Assembly (NCBI GenBank): GCA_951406725.2
Contig: OX597816.1
Span: 148,428,001 to 148,492,000, forward strand
DNA length: 64,000 nucleotides
Origin: Octopus vulgaris
Lineage: Eukaryota
Reading direction: 5' to 3'
Shown: piece after piece, positions 1 through 14,184 of the stretch
Layout of the letters: the number at the start of each line of letters is the position of its first letter
Numbering within the stretch: the first letter of the stretch is position 1
Notes under the pieces: model-generated
Told to the model about the DNA's origin: nothing
Seen by the model: only the letters and a program-made list of their open reading frames with translations
Databases searched by the model: none
Program-made: the position numbers and the translations under genes

Positions 1-89
1 AGTACTTATTTTTTAAGCCTGGTACTTATTCTATCGTTTTATGTTTGCGGAGGGGAACAAACACAGACACAAAGACGCGCATACAAAGT

Positions 90-145
<56 letters not shown>

Positions 146-214
146 CATACATACATACATACATACATACATACATACATAATACATACATACATACATA
201 TATATATAAATCAA

Positions 215-1210
215 TATCTTTTAGAGCTTTATTACATATTAGGGCCATATTCGATCCTATCATTACAATAGATACCAATTTGACGGTTGTCAATTTCCTG
301 GTTGTATCTTTAGATTTAATTAAGAATATTTACAAACCCTTTAGGAAGCCAAACGTTAGACTTAGATATATTAAGGTAGGTTCCTACCATACCCCCATAG
401 TATTTAAGAATTTAGTTAAAAACATTAGCAAGAGAATTTCTAGCCTCTCCTCCAATATAAACATTTTTAATAGTGCTGCCCAAATATATAATAAAGTTCT
501 AAAAGATAGTGGTTTTAGCGAGGAAATAACCTATACACCTGTTATTAGTCCAGTAACAAAGAAAAGGAAAAATAGGAATAGAAAAATTATCTGGTTTACA
601 CCACCTTACTCACCCGAAGTGACCTTTAATATGGGTAGATATTACATATCACTTATAGATTGGTATTTTCCAATCAATCATAAGTATAGAAAGCTCTTTA
701 ATAGGCACAACTTAAAAATTAGTTTTAGTTCCACTACTAACTTTAAAAATATAATTGCACACAACACACAAAAACAACAAAATGAAGCCGGCTGTCCCTG
801 AAGAGTTAAAAATTTGTGTCCGCTAAATGGAGCTTGTATGAAGCACCGTAGACTCTACAACCACTAAGGATATAGTTTCGTCAAAGAAATATGTGGGTCT
901 CACAGAGTGAAATTTTAAAACCAGGTTCAACAATCACAACTGAAGCTTCAGACACTGGCATAATAGGAAAACAACCAAATTATCCAGTTATATATGGTCC
1001 TTAAAAGAAAGAGGTGTCAACTATAAGATTCACTGGGAGATCTTGGCCAAGTGTAAGCCTTACACCAACGGCAGTGGAAAGTGCGATCTTTGCGATATGG
1101 AAAGATGGCTCACCTGGAAAAGTTCTTTAGACACCGCTACATGTCTAAATTCAAGAACTGAACTTTTTGGGTCATGTCCACGTATGGCAAAACATTTGCT
1201 ACTTTTTTGG
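215..1210 (+). pseudogene. Penelope-like element (Neptune-type) RT C-terminus/thumb plus GIY-YIG endonuclease, 5'-truncated and disrupted
   Basis: ORF 280-801 reads VNFLVVSLDL...YKPFRKPN...SYHTP..FKNLVKNISKRISSLSSN...RNRKIIWFTPPYS, typical of PLE RT thumb/linker. It continues through stops as KKYVGLTE*NFKTRFNNHN*SF...TKLSSYIWSLKE...WEILAKCKPY...KCDLC...LNSRTELFGSCPR (GIY-YIG plus C-terminal Cys motif). Confidence 0.9.
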
Positions 1211-1430
1211 ACCTCCCCCCCCCCAAGATCACAGATAGAACTTGCTTTTTATATTATGTCCACGTACAAGTTTTTCATATGCATTAAAATCTTATATATT
1301 TCTTATATATATTTTATTGCTTTATATATTTTTGTGTATGTTATTTTTCACCCTTTATAATTGTGTAACTTATACGCGTGTAGTATATACCCAATGTGTA
1401 TGTGCGTGCATATATACATGTGTACGAATG

Positions 1431-1472
<42 letters not shown>

Positions 1473-2164
1473 CGCAATACTCTACCTGTTGTACTTGTCT
1501 CCTTCCTTCATACATATGTGTATGTATATATGTTTATATATCTGTAGGTGTAGATGTGTTCGACAGACAGGAGGTTATATTTGTGTATACACATATATAA
1601 CTCATTTGCATATTCAAATTTTGCGGCGAATGTGAGTGTTTTACTGTTTATGTTTTTTGCGTATATGTTTTTAAGTGTATATACGTCTATCCGCGTATGT
1701 ATGTGCATGGGCGTATAGACTAACGTTTTGTATATCCGCGTATGTATGTGTATGTGCGTATAGAGATGAGTATATGAACATAATGATGCGTACGTTTTTG
1801 CGTATGTGTTTTTTTTATTTCTATATATTTCTTTCCGCGTATGTATATGCATATGCGTATAAACTACGTTTTGTATATCCAGGCATGTATGTGTGTGTGC
1901 GTGTAGAGATGTATATATGAGCGTAGTGATGCGTGCGTGGGTATATAAGCGTGTGCCTGTGCGTGTATGCGTAGACATATATATGTATATATGTGTGTTT
2001 GTATTTATATGTACACGCGTGTGTGAGCATGTATATACACACATATATATATATATATACATGTGTGTGTATATGTGGATTCTATGAACAAAGCATTACT
2101 TTCCCCATACCTATTGGAGTAATTTCCCTTTATTCAACGGTTTTTATTTTCACACCGTTTTCCT

Positions 2165-2221
2165 TAATAACCGATGAGATGCCGGAACAGACTTAAACCC
2201 CGGCATCCGAAAGTTTTATTA
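2165..2221 (+). ncRNA. Minimal type I hammerhead ribozyme motif downstream of the PLE ORF (core variant CCGAUGA)
   Basis: TAATAA-CCGATGA-GATGCCGG..loop..CCGGCATC-C-GAAA-GTT-TTATTA. Stem I taataa/ttatta, 8-bp stem II, GAAA; the stem III C appears to be deleted. Confidence 0.7.
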
Positions 2222-2592
2222 TGACAACCAACTTGATATGCTTTGACGTTATCATCAAAGCATGGTATAAACGTTATTTACAACACCTAAAGGGAAGAAA
2301 CATTTTTATGAATAGAAATAGGCAACGTAGTAACTGAAAATAATGCTTGTTGGAAAATAACATAGGGATGACTACTGTATGAGAACACAACACCAGGGTG
2401 CTTGCAAAAGGGTTTATATATAATGAGCGAATAAATTTCAAATAATTGAAATTAATGAGGAGGAATAAAATCATTATCTTAATAATCAAACTGAAGCGAA
2501 AACAGCAGGAATGAAATTTAAGTTAATTAAAATTGGAATATAATAGTAAAGTCTATTACTTAGCTGCACGTCAGGTCTGATCAAATATGAGC

Positions 2593-3183
<591 letters not shown>

Positions 3184-3216
3184 ATATATACATACACATA
3201 CATATATATATATATG

Positions 3217-3257
<41 letters not shown>

Positions 3258-3269
3258 GTGTTGAAATGT

Positions 3270-3358
3270 TCAGTCTTACTGCATCGTATTCTAGGCATAT
3301 CTTCTTCTATAGCTCTGTGAGTGGGTGTGGTAGACGGAAATAGAAGCCCGTCGTATAT
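3270..3358 (+). mobile_element. Decayed fragment of tRNA-derived SINE family A
   Basis: TCTTCTTCTATAGC...TGTGAGTGG..TGGTAGACGGAAAT.AGAAGCCCGTCG matches the SINE copies at 30896 and 41945. Confidence 0.65.
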
Positions 3359-3359
3359 A

Positions 3360-3442
<83 letters not shown>

Positions 3443-4101
3443 GTGGGGGTCTCCGTGAGCATTCTCGCATATGATAATTAAGAAATTAATTAAATTATGG
3501 TCTATGCAAATTCTTGAAAAAATCTAAGACCAATGCAAGAGAGATAACAATTAGCGTATTCTTACACTTGCTCTGGGCTGTGTATTTACTTTTAAATCCC
3601 GTAAAGACTCCAGTAAACTCGTGTATTCTCATGCAAAATGAAGACGTGTATCAACATTCCCAAATGCATCGCTTGAATAATTGTGGACAACTTCGACATG
3701 AAACCATTGGCTGTCTTGTTAATCCACAATATAAAGAGAGTTTATCCACCAGTGCGGTATTGAGCACTCATTTTCACAGTTTGATACTGACGTATGTGCA
3801 GATCTTACGAAGAGTAAGATATAATACAAATAAGAAAACAAATGAATGAATATACGCATCCTTATCAGACGAGCATCAAGTCATACAAATGTAACTCTAA
3901 TAATTAATAACGTTGCGCTATATTCATTCTTTGTCTTTATATATATATGTGTGTGGGCATATGAGCCTTTGTGCATATGTGCATGTGTATTCATATATAT
4001 ACAGTTAATCCAAACATGAAAACACAAAGAGAAAACACAACGCGAGGACGTGGAACAAATATAGTATTATTGGACGCCCAGGAAGGAAGGGAAGAAGGAG
4101 G

Positions 4102-4136
4102 GTCTTACGTTTTGAGCGGAGCTCTTCGTCAGAAAC
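4102..4136 (-). ncRNA. Minimal hammerhead motif, probably inactivated (GAAA>AAAA), in a ~210-bp PLE-like terminal module (4005-4213)
   Basis: Minus strand GTTT-CTGACGA-A-GAGC-TCC-GCTC-AAAAC-GTA-AGAC, with stems I and II paired. Confidence 0.75.
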
Positions 4137-5162
4137 ATAGGAAAAGGAAAGATCCAGAGAAGGGAAGACGGAGGGAAAAAAATCGCCAACGGTACACACT
4201 CGGTCACGCGTAGAGGCTGTTCCAATGAATCTTTCTTTCTGTAGTACGGAGAGGTGTTAACTGAAGGATACTTAGATGTTACTCTTTACACGTCAAGTTA
4301 CCGCATACAGAACTCCCTTACTGACGTCAGCACATATCAGTAGATATGGATGAGAATTGACTTTTGTATAATTTTTCCAGCGTTATTTAAGGTTCATCTA
4401 TACCCGGAGCTGTCACTCATATTTAAGAGATGGTTTTGAACTTTTCTCTTCTATCAATCGATGTTTTTGTTTTACAAATCTTACTACACTTTAGGTTTAT
4501 ATTTCCATCAAAACTGTCGAACGAATTGCATCATTTGTGTAAGAAACCACCATTACTGCAAATAAAGTAACTCATAGAATGATTTAATATAAATAGATAA
4601 ATATTATTTTTAATTATATACAGAAATTGGGTTCAATCAATTTATTTGTTTCCAACAGTTTTAGATATATTTATGTCTACTTCTTTAATTTAATGTAGCT
4701 TCATGAACAATATATTTGTATGTGTGTATGTATTATGTATGTTTGTTTGTATAACATTATGCGCAGTATACATAGTTTCATAGTAAAACTACGTCAAAAT
4801 TAAAGAAAGAACGACATCAAAACGATGAAACAAGTAAAATTCCCACAAAACAGTAAGCTAATGTTAGCAGAGGCCAAATAGTTTCTTTTTTGCACTGTCC
4901 TCTGTGAATTTTATCGTCCCTCAATGATTGTTCAACGTTTTAATAGATATTAAACACTGTTTATAACAGAGCATCGATTCCTATTATAGTGTGTATCGCA
5001 GAACCATTTGCCGCAAATATATTAATATACACACATATCTATGTATAATCAGTAGAGGTTGAAGTTGAAGTTAAGATCACCGTTTTCCAGTTATAGAAAC
5101 TTTTCTTTAAATCATGAACTTTAACTTTCATATACTTATATGTAATTAAATTCAATTTAAAC

Positions 5163-5292
<130 letters not shown>

Positions 5293-5429
5293 TTACACAC
5301 ACATAAAGATATGTATCTTTATATATATCTACAAAACACTCAACGCACAGATACTCGTGTGTGTGTGTCTCTGTGCGTGTGTGTGTGTCTCTGTGCGTGT
5401 GTGTGTGTCTCTGTGCGTGTGTGTGTGCG

Positions 5430-5793
5430 ATAAGAAGTTTCCTTCCTAACCACATGGTTTCGAGTTCTGTCCCAGAACTTCTGGCAAGTATCTTCTACCT
5501 CGGGTCAACTACAGGCATGTGAGTGCATTTGGTAGACGGAAACTGAAATAAGCCAATGGTATGTAGTGAGTATTTTTATGTTTGTGTTAGTCCCCCTACC
5601 ACCGGTATTGACAACCTTTATTGACAACCGATACTGATGTGTTAACGTCATCATAACTTAACGGTTCGACAAAAGCGCCCGATAGAATAAGAACTAGGCT
5701 TAAAATATAATAAGTGCTAGGATCTATTTGTCCGAGTAAAACTCAAGGCGGTGTCCTAGCAGAGCTGCAGTCCAATGGCTGAAACAAGGAAAA
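5430..5793 (+). mobile_element. tRNA-derived SINE family A, diverged
   Basis: AACCACATGGTTTCGAGTTCTGTCCC (B-box-like) ...GGTAGACGGAAACTGAAA... and 3' GCAGTCCAATGGCTGAAACAAG. Reverse complement of the copies at 30896 and 41945. Confidence 0.8.
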
Positions 5794-6347
5794 ATCAAGC
5801 AGATATATAATAAATACATAAGTATATACCTGTTGTGTGCGTGAGTGTGAGCGCGTGTGTGGGGGTGTATGGGTGTATGTATGCATCTAGGTATGTATGT
5901 CTATTATGTATATAAATGCACTGAAGAGAGGAAGAGTTGAGGTTATTCTGAATAAGAAACAAAACAAGCGACATAATGCAGAAGAAAAATGGAAAGAAAA
6001 TGTAAAAGGTGAAAGACAAAACGAAGAGATAGAGAAAAGAGAGAAAGTCTGGTGAAATCATCTTTTAAATGATAGGGTGCAAATTAAAGAGAGCTTCAGC
6101 TGCCAATTTTAGCATGTCCAATGACTATATAAGAGTGTCCATAGTTTACATGTTCTGTCTAGATGTATAGTTTGTTGGTACTTGTGTTATGTAGCGTTAT
6201 TTCAATTTAATTTAGCAATTTAGCTGGGAGAGGTAAATATCAAAATGCTGGGAGCCATAAAAGTGAAAGAAGTCGTAGATACAACGCAATTTAAGAAAAA
6301 CCAGAGAGAGCAGATGAAGAAAATTTTGCAGGACAAGAAAATGCACA

Positions 6348-6555
6348 GTTCTATATTTAAGAGATGAGGAATTTTGTACATTATTTACTTTATTTACATT
6401 ATTTACATTTTACGGATATTTGTCCTCATCTTGTTTGTTGTTAACACAACGTTTCGACTGATATAGCCTTCAGCCTTCATCAGGTGTCTTGGGGAAATTT
6501 CGAACCCGGGTTCTCATTCTTAAGGTATATTTCGATGTTATTATTATTATTATTT
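6348..6555 (-). mobile_element. PLE-derived short terminal module carrying a hammerhead
   Basis: About 200-bp segment abutting (TTA)n/(TAG)n and containing the complete HHR at 6443-6488. Confidence 0.65.
6443..6488 (-). ncRNA. Minimal type I hammerhead ribozyme with canonical core
   Basis: Minus strand GACAC-CTGATGA-A-GGCTGA-AGGCTATA-TCAGTC-GAAAC-GTT-GTGTT. Stem I gacac/gtgtt, 6-bp stem II, palindromic AACGTT in place of stem III. Confidence 0.85.
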
Positions 6556-6556
6556 T

Positions 6557-6627
<71 letters not shown>
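6557..6627. repeat. (TAG)n microsatellite
   Basis: About 23 TAG units. Confidence 0.97.
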
Positions 6628-6628
6628 T

Positions 6629-6692
6629 ATGCTGTAGTGGTTAAGAGCGCGGGCTACTAACCCCAAGATCCCGAGTTCGATTACAGGCAGTG
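6629..6692 (+). mobile_element. tRNA-like SINE head fragment
   Basis: GTAGTGGTTAAGAGCGCGGGCTACTAACCCCAAGATCCCGAGTTCGATT has A-box and B-box-like motifs, but no full acceptor stem. Confidence 0.6.
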
Positions 6693-6759
6693 TGGTGGTG
6701 GACTTGGAGGGCTCGCGTTGGGGCAGTTCCTGATCAAGTGACCATCCAAGTTCATATTC

Positions 6760-7090
6760 AGAGAATAATAAGTGATCGGTTTCATGTAGATGACTTAAAA
6801 CTCTATAGCAAAGACGATAATGAATTTGAAGAACTACTACGTACTGTGAAAGCATCCAGTGGTGACATTGAGATGGAATTTAGTCTTGATAAAAGTGCCG
6901 AGGCCACTTTACAGAAAGGGAAACTGAAGGCCTCACATTCGGTGGAGTTGACTGTTGACACAGTCACAAAAGAACTCAAACAGCAACAAACTTACAAATA
7001 CCTCGGAATAAATGAGGGCTCTGGCATTCAGCATGCAAGTATGAAATAGAATATCAAGAAAGAGTGTTACAGGAGATTTCGAGCAAGCTT
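6760..7090 (+). pseudogene. Non-LTR retrotransposon RT fragment (Dong/R4-like)
   Basis: FHVDDLKLYSK...DIEMEFSLDKSA...TYKYLGINEG matches the YxDDLKLY, DIGMEFGLDKC and YKYLG motifs of RT domains 5-7. Confidence 0.85.
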
Positions 7091-9087
7091 ATTTAACGTG
7101 ACGTTGATATCAACTTTATACTATGCAGTCAACATAAATATACCGAGTTTGGTGTAAGTGGCATTTATAAAGCAAATATAAGACTAACAAAGAGAGCAAA
7201 CTTTCTCAGATAATTGTTACATCACGACTAATACACCACCCCAGAAAGAAAAGGCAAAGAATCCCGAAACCAAAATAAAAATAATGAGAAAAGGAAAAAA
7301 GAAAAGCACTAATGATAAATTGAATACATAGAATAATGTAAAGAAATAACCCAGCAAATTTGTAAGCCCATAAGCTTTCACAGAAATTCAAAAAAGAATA
7401 GGACAAGGTGCATCAAAAGTTCTACATACTACTTCATCTGTTTAACAACTGGCTTCTCACTACACACTTTGCATCTAACTCAAAATAATACAACTTATAC
7501 AGAACATATGCAATGTAATCAACGTTTAATACTTTCAAACTACGTAGAATAAACAAGAATAACCCCCAAACTAAAAGTACAAGAAAACGAAGTGACGAAT
7601 ACAGAAATGTTAATACACACACCACACTATTTATCATTATGATGATATTGATCCTCACAATCCTTTCTTTAATGGCGGGGGTAGAATATTTGAAATTATC
7701 CAAAATAAAGGAAAAAGTGCATGTGTTTTTCGACAAGCAACGTAATAGAGAATAGCTAAAGCATGTCAGTACCACGGCATTTAAAGTGACAACATAGAAT
7801 AAAATGTGAAAGGAATAGCGTATGGTAGTGACTGCAACAATAGAGGTAGAAACTATAATTTATTCTCTTGTAAAAACATCTAGCAGGGAAAACGGAATAT
7901 GTGTTGTCAATCTGTCTTGAGTAAAACCACAGATGGACGTTAAATTTATCGACAAACTTAACAAAGACAATAGTAAAATGACAGATACAGTCTCAGTAAA
8001 AATGCTAATACAATCTATATCACCACCAAAAACAACACCAGCATTAGAATGTATAAACTCAATTATATATCTGCGCAGGCGATATACAGCACCTGCATTT
8101 GATAATATAGTTTTCAAAGCATCAATGCCTAAAAAAAAAAATTGTCGTGCTTAGTATTTTTTGACAGGACTGCCAAATTAAGGTCTGTCCTGGTGATAAA
8201 CAACAACACTTGCAGCAGAAAAAACAGCATAGGAACACTTTCTTTTGCATAGATATATGATAAGGGCAATAATACTTCTCTTAGGTGCTATAACGGTTAA
8301 ACAATGAACTAAATGCCACATTTTGAACTTGTGTGTTACTGTTTCAGAATTAATATGTGTTCATATCCACTTTCTAAGAAATGTTGTTGCTCCCTAAAAG
8401 AAAAGCACTGGATACGGTATCCGTTGTTAAGAAGTTTGAAACCCAATAGAGTTATAGTCGACTCAAGTATAGAAGGAATCAGTATTTAAACTTCTAGAAT
8501 CTAATGGTGGGTGTAGATTCACAGTTCATTAGAATTAATGAGGATGTATTGTCGGTTGAGTATTCTTGGAAAGAAATTGAAAGATGTTGGAAATGAAACA
8601 ACTGTTAATGATACGCGAACGTGGTAATATTTGGCGTTTCATCTAAAACTAGTAAACCAGGCTGTTAGTTACGAGCAAGAAACCTAGGTGCTTCATAAAC
8701 AACTTCTCATGTCATCTGAAGTAGTATTGCCCCACGTCAAAACAATGATAATTTAATAGCAATCAACAACACAACGATAATCATTGGCAGCTATGTCAAT
8801 GCAAAACTTACATTGACAATAAAATCAACAACATCTACGAATAAATAAAAGTTCATCCACTGCAGTCACATGTTGCGAACACATAGAGTACAACAAGGTC
8901 AATAACAAAAGGAAGGAAAGTATGAGAAATTGCAACAAATACATATATAAATTATTGTAACAATGTGAGAAAGAGAAAGACGGGGAGAACTTTTCCATAC
9001 AGGTGGTAGAAAGTTTACACTATACATACACACACACACACACACACACATACATGTATATATATATATACATATATATATATATAC

Positions 9088-9141
<54 letters not shown>

Positions 9142-11022
9142 ATGTATGTATGTATTATGTATGTGTATGTATATATATACATGTATATGTACAGGTATAT
9201 ATATATATATAGATAGAGAGGGAGAGAAATAGATATTTGTATATATATATATATACTACATGCACATACACACACATACATACATACATACATACATGCA
9301 TACATACATGCATACATATATCGGTACGTATATTTATATAGTGTTGGAGGTTTTTACATTTCAAACAAATGCACAGACATGCGAACACATATCCATTACA
9401 TGCACACAAGATGCACACAAACTTAGATTTATACGTGTGTGCCTGTTTGTGTTTGAATTTCCTATATCCCGAAGAATATTAAGTAAGCGATTACATAAAG
9501 CATTAGTGTACACAAAGTGAAAGTTGGGAAGCCAGCGGCATTTGATCATTTGATCTGATTCTGATGCTTAAAGCATATATAATAATGTATACGTGTATCA
9601 TGTAAAGAGGATTTCAACGGTGAATTATGAAAATTCTCTCTTTACACGTTAAATATGAATTTATTTATAGCACGTAATGATAGTTACACTTTCCTTCACC
9701 AGATAATGATTCCATCAAAATAAGAGCCTCGTGAATCTTGATTTCGGAAATTAGGAAATATATTTAACGCTTTATAAAAATTACCGAAGTGATATCCAAA
9801 CACACTTCTCAATGGCCGGAAATTACACTCATCAAATAATTTCTTTCGGGCCACTTCTGGCTTAATTTATTCTGTGTTCATAAAGCAATGCTCAAATATA
9901 TTGGTGAATAAATAAAGTGCGTAAGTCAGTTTTCATTCAATCGCTTGTGAAACAACTTGCTTCAGAGCTGGATAAATTTTCATCAGCAATAACCTCAACA
10001 TTCTTGATATAAACTAGTGCATCACATGATGCATTTGGTCGTAGAGACCGAAGATTAACTTCGCTTTCTTATTGTATGGTGTATGTAAGACAGACTCGTG
10101 AAGTCGATAAAATAAACATCAATATTACAGTGCCCTTACGTTATGGTCGAAATGAAAGCGAGAGTGAATCATCTAAGTCCTAAGATCTTTCCTCTTGCTG
10201 CGTTCTGATTTCAATTCCAGTCAAGATTGGTTATATATTCTACTTCTTTCAGTAAATACATGTTTTCTCATATAAAAATTGGCCTTATTCAAAGTCATAC
10301 AACCTAGTCGTAGTGTGTCTTTATTTTGGGTACTTATTTTACAGTCAGGTGTTTTTGCTGTGTGTAATACAGCAAATGAGGTTACGTTACGCAAAACTAA
10401 TTATAATTAAGAGGCTGGTTGAGATTCTGCATTACATGAAAAATATCAATCATTGAATAGAACAGAATCGATACTGACATAATGATAGATCAATAGCACA
10501 CTTCCCCCTTATAATTAAAAATATAGACATTATGCTTTAATATTTCATTTTTGTGATACAGAAAATAATACTTCAGAAATAATTATGCAAAGTAGAATAA
10601 AATATAAATCTAAACAGCTATTCATTATAGAAACAGCATAGCAGCATGCATATTTATACTGCAAAAATGTTTCAATAAAATTGGTTCGTTTTCTGACGAA
10701 GTAAGAAAGAAAATGGTTACGTGTATGTTGAACCTAGCATGAAATTATTTGCTACTTGTAACTGTAATCATAATCAAAGATTTAGTAAAACTGACTGAAG
10801 CATAATAGATGTAGATGAGATGAGGAAAAAATAATTTAAACGTGCCCCTGTTGCTCATAATATGAGATTCGACTATATCGCCCAGGATAGAGCAAACATT
10901 CTGTTTTATATTCTCGAGAACCTTTCTTATTTGTGGTACGTCTAAATATCATCCCTACTGTTACAATTATACTCAAGAAGTCGATCCGAGATCATTATAT
11001 GATCTTAAAGAGTTGTGGCTGA

Positions 11023-11054
<32 letters not shown>

Positions 11055-11063
<9 letters not shown>

Positions 11064-11320
11064 TATGAAAGAATGGAGTTGAACGACGAATTAACAAAAT
11101 TCCTTTATTTTCGACATATGTTTCGAAGGTTGCATATTCCTAATTTTGTTAATTCGTCGTTCAACTCCATTTTTTCATATATTTATATTTTTAAAAAAAC
11201 ATACAAATTTCCACACGAAAGCACGTAACTTCAAACGTGTCTTCTCTGATGTGAATTTGCTACCCAGGTATCGGTTAACCGAATTATCCATAACAAGATA
11301 ATTCATTCACCTACTCAAAT
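11055..11320 (+). mobile_element. PLE terminal-repeat module between (TA)n tracts with a 47-bp fold-back
   Basis: Arms 11055-11101 and 11142-11188 (1 mismatch). The 40-nt spacer carries CGAAAC-ATAT-GTC on the minus strand. Related to the module at 2643-3054. Confidence 0.75.
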
Positions 11321-11346
11321 ATATATATATATATATATATATTCAA

Positions 11347-11432
11347 CTTGCCCAAAGTGCCATGCCTCGGGCCAACCAAAGTCTTGTGAGTGGATCTGGT
11401 AGACGGAAACTGAAAGAAGCTAGTCGTATATG
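11347..11432 (+). mobile_element. SINE family A fragment
   Basis: GCCTCGGGCCAACCAAAGTCTTGTGAGTGGATCTGGTAGACGGAAACTGAAAGAAGC. Confidence 0.7.
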
Positions 11433-11478
11433 TGTCTGCCTCTGTGTGTATGTATATGTATGTATGTATGTATGTATA

Positions 11479-12708
11479 CGAAGTGCATGCGAGAAGGTTT
11501 GAAACAATTTTAGACTATTGTAATTTTAGTATATCATTACTCTGCATCTAATAAATTTCTTATTCCATATTGAAGGAAATGGCAATAACAACACTGAACT
11601 CTATTGAACACTGAACTGCTTGTCGCACTCGGTTAGTTCGGAAAATGCAGATTGAAAACTATTTGGAAGCTCCTTACACAACAAAGATTTTGCGTTTAAA
11701 GAGTGCAAAATCGCTGCTGAAACATAAGTGCTCCAGACTGCTTACGGATTATCTTTCATGAATCAAGCATCAGTTTCGCTATCACAGGAGGTTCAAGGGC
11801 GGTATAGAGGAGCTAAGAGACAACGAGATTTGTGAAAATGGAAAGGGGCGTGAGAACATCAGAGCTGGTTGAGCGAATTCATAATTTTTTTTGATGAAAA
11901 CATTTGTGTCTACAAATACAAGAACCATACAGTTTGGAATTGGTGTGGCAGAACTTTTCATGAGGATCTGAGCTTGCGCAAAATTTGTGCAAATCTGTTG
12001 CCAAAGTGCTAAGTGACGAGCAGAAGGAATGTTGCATTGGTGACAGTAGGGAGATGACTGAGCCCATTACCGTCAATCCAAGAGTTTTTGAGTCTCTGGT
12101 AGCCTTTGACGAACGTTTGATGTACTGTTATGATCCAGAAACCAAACCACAGAATGTCCAGAAAGGCCAGGCAAAGTAAATCCCTAAATAAATTTATAGT
12201 GCTCTCCTTTTTCCGACAGCAAGACATCACCTATTCGACTGGGTTCCATCTAGACCAGCGGTGAACGCTTTGAAGGAGCTCATGAAAGGATTTCGTCGCA
12301 AAAGGCCACAGCTCTTCCACTTGGATCGATAGCACTAGTCACTAGGAAAACGCAACAGCCCACAATTTTATCCTGATAACCAACTTTTGGCAGAGATGGG
12401 CACCAAAACTTCACCCCACACTCCCTACAGTCCAGAATTTTCTCCCTAAGAATTTTGGTTGTTCCCCAAGCTGAAGGAGAACCTTAGAGGTAGTCGTCTG
12501 AAAGACAATAAGAAGATGAAAGATGTGCGACAAGAGGCCTGGACACGTTCGCTTTGGATGAGTTGCATAGAGCCTTCACAAAGGCACTGGAGCACTACAA
12601 GTGTATTGAAGTCAAAGGATCCTACTTTGAAGGCGATTAGAGCTCTGTACTCTTTGAAGTTTATGTCTTTTCTGAAAAAGTCCCAATTCCTCTGGAAGGC
12701 ACCTTGAA
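11479..12708 (+). mobile_element. Full-length decayed mariner (DD34D) transposon
   Basis: About 1.23 kb between TA dinucleotides with degenerate TIRs. Frameshifted motifs VAKVLSDEQKECC, FDERLMYCYDPETKPQ, HTPYSPEFSP*EFWLFPKLKENLRG. Confidence 0.85.
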
Positions 12709-12721
12709 TACACACAAACAC

Positions 12722-12818
12722 GCGCGCACACACGCACACATATACATACATACATACATACATACATGCATACATGCATACATATATACATACATACATA
12801 CATACATACATACATACA

Positions 12819-12851
<33 letters not shown>

Positions 12852-12960
12852 GCATGCATGCATACATACATACATACATACATACATACATACATACATA
12901 CATACATACATACATACATACATACATACATACATACATACATACATACATACATGCATG

Positions 12961-12991
<31 letters not shown>

Positions 12992-13114
12992 GCATGCATG
13001 CATACATACATACATACATACATACATACATACATACATACATACATACATACATACATACATACATACATACATACATACATACATACATACATACATA
13101 CATACATACATACA

Positions 13115-13143
<29 letters not shown>
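12722..13143. repeat. (CATA)n microsatellite with CATG/TA variant units
   Basis: About 100 tetranucleotide units. The variant block CATATATGCATGCATGCATAC recurs 140 bp apart (about 12845 and 12985). Confidence 0.97.
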
Positions 13144-13145
<2 letters not shown>

Positions 13146-13516
13146 GAATTAGCATGCGCATTCTGTCTCTGGAGGCGGAGAACACAGTGTTCGCGAGATT
13201 AAAACTTTCTGTCTTGCTCATAAGATGCACTTACTATAATAAAGTACGAGTATGACTCATAAAATACAATCACTCCATCTACTACTAATGCAACAACAAC
13301 AACAACGACTACAGCAACAATATATACTATTCCTATTTTATGACATTTTATATGTAGTTTCATTTTCAATACCAACTTTATGATGAGATTCTGACTTTTA
13401 CTAAGTTTGTCTTTCAAACACAAAATAAACACAAAAGGAAAAAGAAAAAAAAAATGTTGCTTCTAGTTTATTTTTGAAAATGTTGCGGCAGGGAAAATAT
13501 TCAAAGTATGACCTTT

Positions 13517-13555
<39 letters not shown>

Positions 13556-14147
13556 TCTATTTATTTATTTTTGGTCTTTTATTGGGCTGGAATGTTCGAT
13601 ATGTAGTAACAACACAAGTAATAGTAAAATGTGAGCGATAAAAGCATATGAAATCTTACGCATTTATTTGCTTTCACATTAGACATATAGAGGCGCATGT
13701 AAACGTATTTATTACATAAAAACAGAATATTTAGTTTTCCATGCAATTAGTAAATTACAAAAACGAACTTTGTACATCTGCAAAATATGCAGATGCTCAA
13801 ACATGATTAATGATGTTAATTTCGAAATCTCATCAACTATGATTTTGTTTTTTCTCATAATTTATTTTGCTTTGTTTTAGGGGTTGTTTTTTTTCATAAT
13901 TATGTTCACATTTTTTCTACGTCAGTGATTAATTACATCAGAAACAATCATATAAATTCTGTATGATTACAATCAACAAATAAAAAAAAAACTACAGTAA
14001 GATATGTTATGTCAAGTAGAAATTAGCGTCGAAATCTTTATTAAAGCTGTACCGTGTCATTGTTCTACAGTAACGCTGAAAGATAATTTTACAGGTGCAG
14101 GCACATGAATTTGTTTTGGTTTATTTACTCTTTACTAAACAGTTTAC

Positions 14148-14184
<37 letters not shown>

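Noticed and set aside
7434-8890. Repeat-free stretch with short ORFs (ILTILSLMAGVE..., 7933-8154)
   Set aside because: Possibly a very old retroelement ORF, but I could not recognise any diagnostic motif.
9945-9992. CTGATGA...GAAGC hammerhead-like string on the minus strand
   Set aside because: Neither stem I nor stem II pairs.
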